From a virus (Duplodnaviria > Caudoviricetes), in IMG/VR virus record IMGVR_UViG_3300012940_000068, positions 1 to 32,496 of that record: a stretch of DNA of 32,496 nt; one strand, 5' to 3'. Within the stretch, counting starts at the first letter, position 1. Every line of letters begins with the position of its first letter. The notes below the pieces were generated by a model that was not told where the DNA came from, searched no databases, and saw nothing but the letters and a program-made list of their open reading frames with translations. Shown in pieces: positions 1-7,479 of this stretch. The translations under genes and the position numbers were made by a program.

Positions 1-76
1 GCCGAAGAAAGCAAGGAGGAAGAAGTAGGGCAGTGATGCTTAATTCTCCGCAGATCGAGTAGGAGATGATAAACTT

Positions 77-493
77 ATGGCAACGACAAACGAAGTGCCG
101 GGCAGTGGTGGAACACTCCCGGCGCGGTCACTGACACAGGAGGTCAATGACGTGGGCAAGTCTGCCATATCCCCCAGCGTTTCCTCTACCCATCTCCTCT
201 TTTCCGGCAAACCGAATTTCTTCGGCGGGCTCTCGAATGAGCGCGATCTTGTGCCGTTGATCCCGACTGAGTTTCGGAACCACCGGAACCCATGGACGGC
301 GCTTGCCAGTTCGGTCTTCTTCCGAGGGGCAAACATCGCCGGGTGGTCGTTCAGGACCGTAAACCAGGAGATTCGCACGCAGCAGCTCGCATGCTTCAAG
401 GCGGCGCTGAGCGGATTTGACCTGCAGCATGAGGACAAGGAAGCGCTCTGCGGCTGGATGCTCTCAGAGATGCTGACCGAACTTCCGCGCTAG
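77..493 (+). CDS. Hypothetical phage protein (138 aa; true start may be downstream)
   Basis: AGGAG at 61-65 upstream; protein-like C-terminal half (NPWTALASSVFFRG...HEDKEALCGWMLSE). Confidence 0.7.
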   Translation: MATTNEVPGSGGTLPARSLTQEVNDVGKSAISPSVSSTHLLFSGKPNFFGGLSNERDLVPLIPTEFRNHRNPWTALASSVFFRGANIAGWSFRTVNQEIRTQQLACFKAALSGFDLQHEDKEALCGWMLSEMLTELPR

Positions 494-621
494 TACCCCC
501 TTCGTACACTTACCGATAACGACCAGGGGCGCAGGCCGCGCCGGGGGCCCGGACAACACAGGAACACTCGAAGGCTCGGGCGATATCGCCAGACCGCCGT
601 CTTTAATTAGCGAGGCGAATA

Positions 622-924
622 ATGAAAACCAGCGGCTATCTCGTTATCAATGACCGTGGGTCCATGCGGGTCACGAAGAATCCGCCATCGCTCGAGCCGA
701 ACGAGATTTCGGCGCATCTGAACCTCGATATCCCGAACCAGTTCTTCCAGCGCCCACGGCTCGCCATCACGATCGGTATCCCGAATGACGTGATTGCAAA
801 TGTGCCCGCCGATGTTGCGGTTGAGATCACGGCAGAGGCGGTCGCAGGCGCGCTACGCATCGATGTCGATGATGTGCGAGATGGGCTAACCGATCTGCTC
901 GATAACCGTAAGGCATCCGCATGA
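622..924 (+). CDS. Hypothetical protein (100 aa)
   Basis: GAGG upstream; ATGA overlap with the next gene. Confidence 0.75.
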   Translation: MKTSGYLVINDRGSMRVTKNPPSLEPNEISAHLNLDIPNQFFQRPRLAITIGIPNDVIANVPADVAVEITAEAVAGALRIDVDDVRDGLTDLLDNRKASA

Positions 925-1334
925 CCGCCCCACAGCGCACGCGCACGGGCCGGGTGCTGACTGAGCGCACCTACGAGGTGCCGTACAAGCTCCCGCCTGA
1001 ACTGAGCCCAAACGGGCGAGCGCACTGGCGGACGAAGGCGCGACTCACGAGCCAGATCCGATGGGCCGCGGCCATGACGGCACGGGCAAACCCAATCGCC
1101 ATCACAGGCAACGCGGTGCGGTACCGCGTGGAGGTGGGGCTGACGAATCGGCAGTGGGCGAAGAATCCAGATGGCGATAACGTCGCCGCGAATCTCGCGC
1201 TCAAAGCGGCCCGCGATGGATTTGCGGATGCCCTCACTGATCACGACGACAGCGAGTGGGAGTGCCTCGGCGTCACGGCGGTCAAGGACCCGGCAAACAA
1301 GGGGTTCATTCGGTTTGTGATTTCTGCTGGTTGA
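921..1334 (+). CDS. RusA-like Holliday junction resolvase/endodeoxyribonuclease
   Basis: LPPELSPN..HW N-terminal motif, PDGDN and DGFADALTDHDD acidic motifs resembling the RusA family; typical position in the phage middle region. Confidence 0.7.
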   Translation: MTAPQRTRTGRVLTERTYEVPYKLPPELSPNGRAHWRTKARLTSQIRWAAAMTARANPIAITGNAVRYRVEVGLTNRQWAKNPDGDNVAANLALKAARDGFADALTDHDDSEWECLGVTAVKDPANKGFIRFVISAG

Positions 1335-1391
1335 CCGCGATCGCCGGCGACCCGTGCACGATCGTGCGGGTGTTTGAGGTAGGAGGGTGAG

Positions 1392-1610
1392 ATGGCATAT
1401 CAGACAAACGCAGCCTGGATGATCTGGCATGGCATCAACGGAGAAAGCAAGGTCTTGGCGGACCGCAACACGCTGGAGGCGATTGTTCACCTGGATAAGC
1501 CCGTCAAGATGAAGATGAAGCCAGACGATATCAACGAAAAGTTCGACGACCTGATCGAGGCGATCAACGAGGCTCGGTCGTGGTTACTCGCTGATCTGAA
1601 GGAGAAGTGA
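1392..1610 (+). CDS. Hypothetical protein (72 aa)
   Basis: Strong RBS AGGAGG at 1381-1386. Confidence 0.75.
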   Translation: MAYQTNAAWMIWHGINGESKVLADRNTLEAIVHLDKPVKMKMKPDDINEKFDDLIEAINEARSWLLADLKEK

Positions 1611-1611
1611 G

Positions 1612-1845
1612 ATGGAAGACATGTTCGTGGATGTGTACGAAAAGAAGAAACCGATCATCGTCAGTCGAACGAACGACGATTCAGTGGTCGCGCTTCATGT
1701 CCCGGGAATTGTCGATTCTCGATTCGTTATCAGTCGGAGCGCTGCCAGAGACCTTTATCAGTGGCTAGGGGACTACCTCAAAGATACCGAAACAAAAGAT
1801 GGCATTGAGCTCGAACCAGCCGCCGAGCCGCGCGGTGAGGACTGA
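1612..1845 (+). CDS. Hypothetical protein (77 aa)
   Basis: AAGGAG RBS; starts 1 nt after the previous stop. Confidence 0.7.
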   Translation: MEDMFVDVYEKKKPIIVSRTNDDSVVALHVPGIVDSRFVISRSAARDLYQWLGDYLKDTETKDGIELEPAAEPRGED

Positions 1846-1846
1846 G

Positions 1847-2128
1847 ATGAAGTTGACCGTCGTTGATTGGGAGCGAGTGCAGAACGAGTGCTTCACCGAT
1901 GAAGAGCACTCGGAAGTATTTCGCGACGGGGATCACCGCGACCTACACGCCATCATTGAGGATCGAACTTGGGGGAAGCGCTATTCGTCAGAGGTTACCA
2001 TCGGGTTGAACAAATCCTTCACCGCCATCGCAACCGAGGCATTGGCTCGCGCAAATGCACGACGAGCAGCAGCCACCCAGTCCGCACCGGCAGCGCCCGG
2101 GCGAGAGGAGCCAACCAATGCAGACTGA
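1847..2128 (+). CDS. Hypothetical protein (MKLTVVDW..., 93 aa)
   Basis: In-frame ATG 1 nt after the previous stop, with GAGG RBS. Confidence 0.7.
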   Translation: MKLTVVDWERVQNECFTDEEHSEVFRDGDHRDLHAIIEDRTWGKRYSSEVTIGLNKSFTAIATEALARANARRAAATQSAPAAPGREEPTNAD

Positions 2129-2609
2129 GACCCCGGACCTGCGCGAGGTGATCGTCGCGCTCATGAATGAGGCCGAGGGAAAACGGAGCGCCATCAATTG
2201 GGAGGACGATCCAGCGAACGAAGCACTAGACCGCGAAATCGCGCTCAGCTTTGCCGATCGAATCTGTGACGCCGTCCTCACCGCCCTCGCCGCGACCCTG
2301 CCGCAGCGGCTAGATGCGGCGATCGAGCGGTTCCACGACAGCATCATTGCGTGGATGGATACCAGGACGACCGATTTATCACTGGCGTGTGACGCCGCCG
2401 AACGGGAGCTCCGATCCCTGCTCGCCGTCGCCAGCCGCGCGGAGGTGACGGACGAAATGGTCGTTATTCGCCGTGACGATCTCGCCGAGTTGTATTCGGC
2501 GGTAAACGCCGATCTGGGGTGGGAGCTCACCCATAGTTACGAGTGGAGCGGTATCGGTAACCGCATCGAAGCCGCCCTCACCACCATGGAGGCCGCCGAT
2601 GGCGAGTGA
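2118..2609 (+). CDS. Hypothetical protein (MQTETPDL..., 163 aa)
   Basis: GAGGAG RBS; 11-nt overlap with the upstream gene. Confidence 0.7.
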   Translation: MQTETPDLREVIVALMNEAEGKRSAINWEDDPANEALDREIALSFADRICDAVLTALAATLPQRLDAAIERFHDSIIAWMDTRTTDLSLACDAAERELRSLLAVASRAEVTDEMVVIRRDDLAELYSAVNADLGWELTHSYEWSGIGNRIEAALTTMEAADGE

Positions 2610-2751
2610 GGCAGAAGTGGCGGCGGTGGCTGATGAAGCGATGGTGGAGCGTTTTGTGGAGGCGATTGGGAATCGCTTCGATCAAATTGGCCCACTGACG
2701 GCGCTGATGATTGCGCGTATGGCAGAAGCCGCGTTCGGGGAGGAGGGGTAG
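2599..2751 (+). CDS. Small hypothetical protein not in the ORF track (MASEAEVAAVADEAMVERF..., 50 aa)
   Basis: Read by hand: GGAGG RBS, ATG 2599, TAG 2749-2751; exactly fills the gap between neighbours. Confidence 0.6.
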   Translation: MASEAEVAAVADEAMVERFVEAIGNRFDQIGPLTALMIARMAEAAFGEEG

Positions 2752-2754
2752 GCG

Positions 2755-3198
2755 GTGAGTGACCGTTTCGCGACACTGAAGGATCGGCTCCGTGACGCCG
2801 TCGCCAACAATCCGGATTTCAAAATCCACATCGATAACGACTATGAATTCCAGCTGATCTACTATCCGGACGCGGATGTTCGGCAGGGGCCGATGAATTT
2901 CAGCGTCACGACCAACTTCGACATAACTCACGGCACGATCACCATTCCCGCTGTATTGCAGTTCTCCGGCTACGATCCCCCGAAAGACGCCGCGCTATTG
3001 CTTCGCATCATTGCCGATGAGCTTGATTCTTCCCCGCCACCCGCCGCCGGGATCGACCGGGAGGCGCTGCTCATGTGGCTGAACGGTCTTCTCTGTGATG
3101 AGTACTCCAACGATGACTACGCTGACGGCTACTACGGTGCGATCAAGGATGTCATCGGGTACCTCTCCCCAGCCCCGGGAGATGGCGATGAAGGCTGA
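2755..3198 (+). CDS. Hypothetical protein (147 aa)
   Basis: GGAGG RBS, GTG start, tight packing. Confidence 0.7.
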   Translation: MSDRFATLKDRLRDAVANNPDFKIHIDNDYEFQLIYYPDADVRQGPMNFSVTTNFDITHGTITIPAVLQFSGYDPPKDAALLLRIIADELDSSPPPAAGIDREALLMWLNGLLCDEYSNDDYADGYYGAIKDVIGYLSPAPGDGDEG

Positions 3199-3478
3199 GA
3201 TAAGGGAGAAGGTGGTCGGGGCCATCAGGCCAGAGCTCATATCAGGGTATGCCGATGGAGAAATGCGGATCTATCTCGGAAACCGATCACACATCGCAAA
3301 CGCTTGCGCCGATGCCGCCATCGCGGTCGTGCTGTTCGAGATCGATGCCGAGCTGGAGCGGCGGATCGCGGTGCACGAAAAGCAAGCATCGTTCTACGGG
3401 CCTGGTGCGTTGATTGCGCTGAAGTCATTCCGCAAGCACATCCGCGCGCTGGGCGAGGGAGATGGCGATGAAGGCTGA
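3177..3478 (+). repeat. 22-bp perfect direct repeat GGGAGATGGCGATGAAGGCTGA at 3177-3198 and 3457-3478
   Basis: Read directly; each copy carries an RBS, a start codon and the upstream gene's stop codon. Confidence 0.9.
3188..3478 (+). CDS. Hypothetical protein (MKAEIREK..., 96 aa)
   Basis: GGGAG RBS; 11-nt overlap with the upstream gene. Confidence 0.7.
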   Translation: MKAEIREKVVGAIRPELISGYADGEMRIYLGNRSHIANACADAAIAVVLFEIDAELERRIAVHEKQASFYGPGALIALKSFRKHIRALGEGDGDEG

Positions 3479-3713
3479 CCCTATCACGGAACGATTGGCT
3501 GAAGCTATCGCCAACGCCGAAGCCGATGCTGGGTACAACTGGTCATGGGATGAATACACCGGTGAGCATTTCCCCCGGTGGGATGAATTGCCGGACGAAG
3601 ACGATGACTGCGGGCACGATCACTGGGTGCGGGGACGCAACTACTACCGCATGCGGGCAGCGGCTGACTTGGCGGTGATGCGTGAATTGGGAGTGATCCA
3701 TGACGAGCGCTGA
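3468..3713 (+). CDS. Hypothetical acidic protein (MKADPITE..., 81 aa)
   Basis: Starts inside the second repeat copy. Confidence 0.7.
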   Translation: MKADPITERLAEAIANAEADAGYNWSWDEYTGEHFPRWDELPDEDDDCGHDHWVRGRNYYRMRAAADLAVMRELGVIHDER

Positions 3714-4005
3714 ACTGCGGGAACGGATCATGCGGGCCATATTCGATGCCGATTGCACCATCTGGAATGACCACACCGAGGCGTTCGAGGACGACGATCA
3801 TATCCACCTTGGGGCCGAAGCCGATGCCGTGCTCGCCGTCCTCCAGGCATCGCGGGACGAGCAGCGGGCAGAATTCCTCAACTTGAAGGTCAGCCTCGTG
3901 AATGCCGCTCGGCGTGGGGACATGGACCGCGTTTCTGAGATTGAGGAGAAACTGAACGATTGCTTCGACGCGGCGTTCGGCGGGGCGGAGGAGGTGACGG
4001 GGTGA
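3700..4005 (+). CDS. Hypothetical protein (101 aa)
   Basis: GGGAG RBS; overlapping start. Confidence 0.7.
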   Translation: MTSAELRERIMRAIFDADCTIWNDHTEAFEDDDHIHLGAEADAVLAVLQASRDEQRAEFLNLKVSLVNAARRGDMDRVSEIEEKLNDCFDAAFGGAEEVTG

Positions 4006-4262
4006 TGACACACATTAGCATCGTAACGGAACTCCTTCGCGAGTACAGCCAAGGCGCAGATGAGCGCGATATTGCAGAGAAGATCGTTCACCAGCTTATT
4101 CCGCCTGGATCGATCCTTGTGAGTTATCACGTAGCTCGGGAGTTGTATCGGGATATCCAGGAGGGCAGAATCACAAGGGCGCTTTCGACTCTCGAAGACA
4201 TCGCCGAGGCGGGTTATCGGTCAACCGCCACCCCGGACCCGCAGCCGGACGGAGGGGCGTAG
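4005..4262 (+). CDS. Hypothetical protein (MTHISIVT..., 85 aa)
   Basis: TGATG stop/start coupling; GGAGG upstream. Confidence 0.65.
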   Translation: MTHISIVTELLREYSQGADERDIAEKIVHQLIPPGSILVSYHVARELYRDIQEGRITRALSTLEDIAEAGYRSTATPDPQPDGGA

Positions 4263-4264
4263 GG

Positions 4265-4531
4265 ATGGCGGTTTATGCTGATGATCCACGGTGCGTCCGT
4301 TGGACCGCGATTGCCGAGGGTCATATCCACTGCTCGCAGTTGTTCGTATGGTGGGAAGGCGATGACCTACATGCCCGTTGTGAGCATCACGAAAAGGCGA
4401 ATGCCGTCGCACTCTCCCAGGCCCTGCCCGGCAATCGGTTTGCAATCGCGACGTACATTGATGGGGTAAAAGAGAAACGGGACGCGGTGATGAGAAAGCA
4501 CGACCCGTCCGGCACGCGCCGCGGCGGATGA
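4265..4531 (+). CDS. Hypothetical Cys/His-containing protein (88 aa)
   Basis: GGAGG upstream; tight packing. Confidence 0.6.
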   Translation: MAVYADDPRCVRWTAIAEGHIHCSQLFVWWEGDDLHARCEHHEKANAVALSQALPGNRFAIATYIDGVKEKRDAVMRKHDPSGTRRGG

Positions 4532-4550
4532 TGCGGGTGGAGGTGGAGTG

Positions 4551-4778
4551 ATGGAAACTGATGGCAAACGGTACTACTCAATTGAGCCGCTCGGCTATTC
4601 GGTCGAGTACGGGACATCAGGCTCAACAATCCGGCTCGATCACAGTCCAAGTAAGCGCACGCTGACCTTGACACCAAATTTCAATCGAGAACCGTCCGAG
4701 CCAATCGAGATGCGGCTGAGCGAGGAGAACAACGAGATCATCGGGGCGATCCTACAAGACTGGGCAAGGAGTTTGTAA
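4551..4778 (+). CDS. Hypothetical protein (75 aa)
   Basis: GGAGG/GGAG upstream of the ATG. Confidence 0.65.
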   Translation: METDGKRYYSIEPLGYSVEYGTSGSTIRLDHSPSKRTLTLTPNFNREPSEPIEMRLSEENNEIIGAILQDWARSL

Positions 4779-4813
4779 GTGCCGAAGCGCTGATGCCGGC
4801 GCGGGAGGGGGAG

Positions 4814-5020
4814 ATGGGTTCCATTCTGGACAGCATTGGGATATTCGGCGTGGCGATGATCGGCTGCGTCACGATGATTCTCGTTGGCGTCACATGGATG
4901 GTTTTACTCGAGCGAGATCAGCGTTATTGGCGAAGCGAACGAGACAAGAATATCCAACGGCGTCTAGAGCGTGGGGAGATCGACGAACTAGGCGCGAAGT
5001 TCTTACGAGGTAATCGCTAG
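4814..5020 (+). CDS. Small single-pass membrane protein
   Basis: GGAGG RBS; hydrophobic stretch IGIFGVAMIGCVTMILVGVTWMVLL followed by a charged tail. Confidence 0.65.
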   Translation: MGSILDSIGIFGVAMIGCVTMILVGVTWMVLLERDQRYWRSERDKNIQRRLERGEIDELGAKFLRGNR

Positions 5021-5254
5021 ATGCCGTCCCGCGACACCGACTGGGATTGCCTGGCGTGTAAGCGCTGCCTGGGGTGGATCACGTTCGATCGCTTCGAGCG
5101 GGCACACCTCAATTGCTCGCTCGAGGTGACCGGTGTGCAGCAAGCGACTGGGGCGCTGACGCCGTCTCCCTATTGGACGGTTGGCTGTGTCTGCGGGGAG
5201 ACGCGTAACTTCTTTGGGTACGCCGTGCATCTCAAGCTCGCGAACGCGGCATGA
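5021..5254 (+). CDS. Zinc-ribbon protein (W-x-CxxC...CxC), loosely Com-like
   Basis: DWDCLACKRCLG and VGCVCGETRNF; GAGG RBS. Confidence 0.65.
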   Translation: MPSRDTDWDCLACKRCLGWITFDRFERAHLNCSLEVTGVQQATGALTPSPYWTVGCVCGETRNFFGYAVHLKLANAA

Positions 5255-5281
5255 CGTTTTGCGCGAACGAAATACGCCTGA

Positions 5282-5402
5282 TGCTACACTTGTGACATAA
5301 CCGAATGTGGTGGGTTGCCCGCCGGTGCTGCGCTCGTTGGATTCATCGCGGATGAATGTGACGATGCGTGGCTCGGCGGGTTGCTGGTTTAAGTGGGCAG
5401 CG
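5282..5402 (+). promoter_or_regulatory. Putative extended -10 promoter (TGcTACACT) and structured leader of terS
   Basis: TG 5282-5283, TACACT 5285-5290; long imperfect hairpin 5318-5380. Confidence 0.5.
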
Positions 5403-5993
5403 ATGGCGGAGACGAGTCCGGAAAAGCTGAATGATCGGCAGATGGCCTTCGTTGCCGCCTATCTAAACGAGGCTCGCTTCAACGCGACCAAAGCCGCGGA
5501 AATCGCCGGGTACAAGAACGCTCGCCAGAACGGCACCCGGCTATTGTCAAATATTGTCATCAAGGCTGAGATCGATCGCTGGCGGGCAGAAATGAAGCAG
5601 TCGGTCATTGCCGATAGCGTGTATCGCGTCGCACGGATGCGGGAACTCGAACTGAAGTACTTCGCGCTGATTGATGCTCGAGCCGTTGATCTCAAGGATG
5701 AAGCGGCTGGCGGTGAAACTGGGCTCCTTGTTCGGCAAACGAAGCAGATCGGCGGTGGTCCGACAGCCGAGAAGGTTGTTGAATACGCCGCCGATACTGC
5801 GGTCACGCGTGAGATCCGCGAGCTCTACAAGCAGGTCGCCCAGGAACTCGGACAGTGGATCAGCCGGAGTGACAACACTACAAAGATCAGCGTTGAAGCG
5901 GACGAGTTGGCCCAACGCGTTGCCGAGGAGCTTGGCCTTGATAAGGGCGAGGTGCTCGCTGAGGCGCAAGCGATCATCGCGGGTGGACGTTGA
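5403..5993 (+). CDS. terS: Terminase small subunit
   Basis: KLNDRQMAFVAAYL..FNATKAAEIAGY..ARQNGTRLLSN HTH signature (Terminase_2-like); immediately upstream of terL. Confidence 0.9.
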   Translation: MAETSPEKLNDRQMAFVAAYLNEARFNATKAAEIAGYKNARQNGTRLLSNIVIKAEIDRWRAEMKQSVIADSVYRVARMRELELKYFALIDARAVDLKDEAAGGETGLLVRQTKQIGGGPTAEKVVEYAADTAVTREIRELYKQVAQELGQWISRSDNTTKISVEADELAQRVAEELGLDKGEVLAEAQAIIAGGR

Positions 5994-6814
5994 TGGTAGC
6001 CACGATGATCGACGCCATTGGGATCGTAGCCGTGCGTCATCGGCACCGGCGATCCAGTGCGGTCCCCACTCCCGTTGAACTTGCGGAGCGCCTCGGCATC
6101 GAGCTCGATCAGTGGCAACGAGATGCGCTCATGGCGCCGCAGTCAGGGAAACTGCTACTCGCGTCCCGTCAAGCAGGCAAATCGACCACGGCAAGCATCG
6201 ATGTGCTGCACACCGCGCTCTATAAACCGGGGTCGTTGTCCCTCATTCTCTCGCCAAGTGAACGGCAATCCAAGCGACTACTGCGAACGGTGCGGAAGCA
6301 CTATGCCAAGTTGGCCGATGAGTTTCCGGTGCGAACTATGGGACAGCTCAGCATTGAGCTAGAGAGTGGCTCAGAGATTCATGCCCTCCCTGGATCGGAA
6401 GAAACCATTCGTGGATTCTCGGCGGTGAACAAACTCGTGATCGATGAGGCATCGCTCGTTGAAGACGACCTTTACCAATCGGTGCGTCCGATGCTCGCGG
6501 TGTCCGGTGGCGAGATGACCGCCATGACAACCCCGCGTGGCAAGCGGGGCTGGTTCTATCGTGAATACACCGACGGTGGCGCGGATTGGCATCGTGCCCG
6601 TGTTACCGCCTACGACATCCCCCGCATTTCCCGCGCATGGCTCAACGCCGAACGTAAGAAGATCGGCGAGTGGTGGTTCAGCCAGGAATACCTCTGTGAG
6701 TTTGTCGATACCGACGACCAACTCTATCCGACAGACCTGGTCGATGCGGCCGAAAGTGATGACGTTGCGTCATTCGGCATCCCGATGCTGGGAGGTGGGG
6801 GATGGGCGAGTTAA
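5993..6814 (+). CDS. Terminase large subunit, ATPase domain only
   Basis: LDQWQ adenine-binding motif, Walker A ASRQAGKST, Walker B KLVIDEA, motif C TTPRG; ends shortly after FSQEYLCEF. Confidence 0.9.
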   Translation: MVATMIDAIGIVAVRHRHRRSSAVPTPVELAERLGIELDQWQRDALMAPQSGKLLLASRQAGKSTTASIDVLHTALYKPGSLSLILSPSERQSKRLLRTVRKHYAKLADEFPVRTMGQLSIELESGSEIHALPGSEETIRGFSAVNKLVIDEASLVEDDLYQSVRPMLAVSGGEMTAMTTPRGKRGWFYREYTDGGADWHRARVTAYDIPRISRAWLNAERKKIGEWWFSQEYLCEFVDTDDQLYPTDLVDAAESDDVASFGIPMLGGGGWAS

Positions 6815-7479
6815 TGCCGCCATCAACGTACCTGCTCGGACTTGACCTCGGGCAGTCCCAGGACTCCACCGCGCTCATTGCCGCATCGGTGACCGAGAAC
6901 GCGGCTGCCGACCATGAGTACGACGTAGGGCATATTGAGCGCGTCGGGCTTGGAACCCGGTACCCGGAAGTTGTCAAGCACGTGTGCGATGTTGTGGATT
7001 ACCTGCGTCGCCCGTATCACGTGCCGGGCATGCCAAAGGGCATCGAAAAGCGGGCGGATGTGTACCTGATTATTGATTACACCGGCGTCGGTCGACCCGT
7101 TGCCGACATGTTTCTTGATGCCAAGCCCAATTGCAATTTGACACTGATTACGATCACTGGTGGCGGTGCAGTTACGGCGGATCCGACAGGGGGGTGGAGA
7201 GTCCCCAAGCGCGACTTAGCGTCTTCGGTCCAGGTCGTCCTCCAAGACATGCGAGTTCGGTGGGCAAAGGGATTACCGCTAGTTCCTGAGCTCAAGCGTG
7301 AACTCACCGGATTCCGCGTCAAGATCAATGCTCGTGGGCATGACAGCTATGGAGCTGGTGAGGATTGGCGTTCAGCGCCGCACGATGATCTCGTGCTCGC
7401 ACTTGCGATGCTCGTTTGGTATGGGGAAACGAGACTTGTTCGAGGTCCGCTCGCCTGGTTTGTAGGAGACGACGAATGA
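6802..7479 (+). CDS. Terminase large subunit, RNase H-like nuclease domain as a separate gene
   Basis: LLGLDLGQSQDSTA, IIDYTGVGRPVAD and HDDLVLALAM catalytic motifs; own RBS GGAGG at 6791-6795; alternative ATG at 6814 (TAATG coupling). Confidence 0.88.
   Translation: MGELMPPSTYLLGLDLGQSQDSTALIAASVTENAAADHEYDVGHIERVGLGTRYPEVVKHVCDVVDYLRRPYHVPGMPKGIEKRADVYLIIDYTGVGRPVADMFLDAKPNCNLTLITITGGGAVTADPTGGWRVPKRDLASSVQVVLQDMRVRWAKGLPLVPELKRELTGFRVKINARGHDSYGAGEDWRSAPHDDLVLALAMLVWYGETRLVRGPLAWFVGDDE

Noticed and set aside
494-621. GC-rich intergenic stretch with palindrome GGCGATATCGCC (579-590)
   Set aside because: No second copy or convincing structure found; cannot support an ncRNA or operator call
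1337-1375. Palindromes CGCGATCGC and GCACGATCGTGC with a hairpin after the RusA-like gene
   Set aside because: CGATCG words are abundant genome-wide; at most an ordinary weak terminator
3177-3478. Direct repeats as a CRISPR array or att sites
   Set aside because: Only two copies, 258-bp coding interval, no cas or integrase gene nearby
4814-5020. Small membrane proteins (this one and 26290-26508) as holins
   Set aside because: No adjacent endolysin and the context is not a lysis cassette
5307-5402. Upstream extensions of terS, portal (7416), 14254 and 29884 ORFs from the ORF track
   Set aside because: Downstream starts have better RBS or coupling; the extensions overlap other genes or structured leaders
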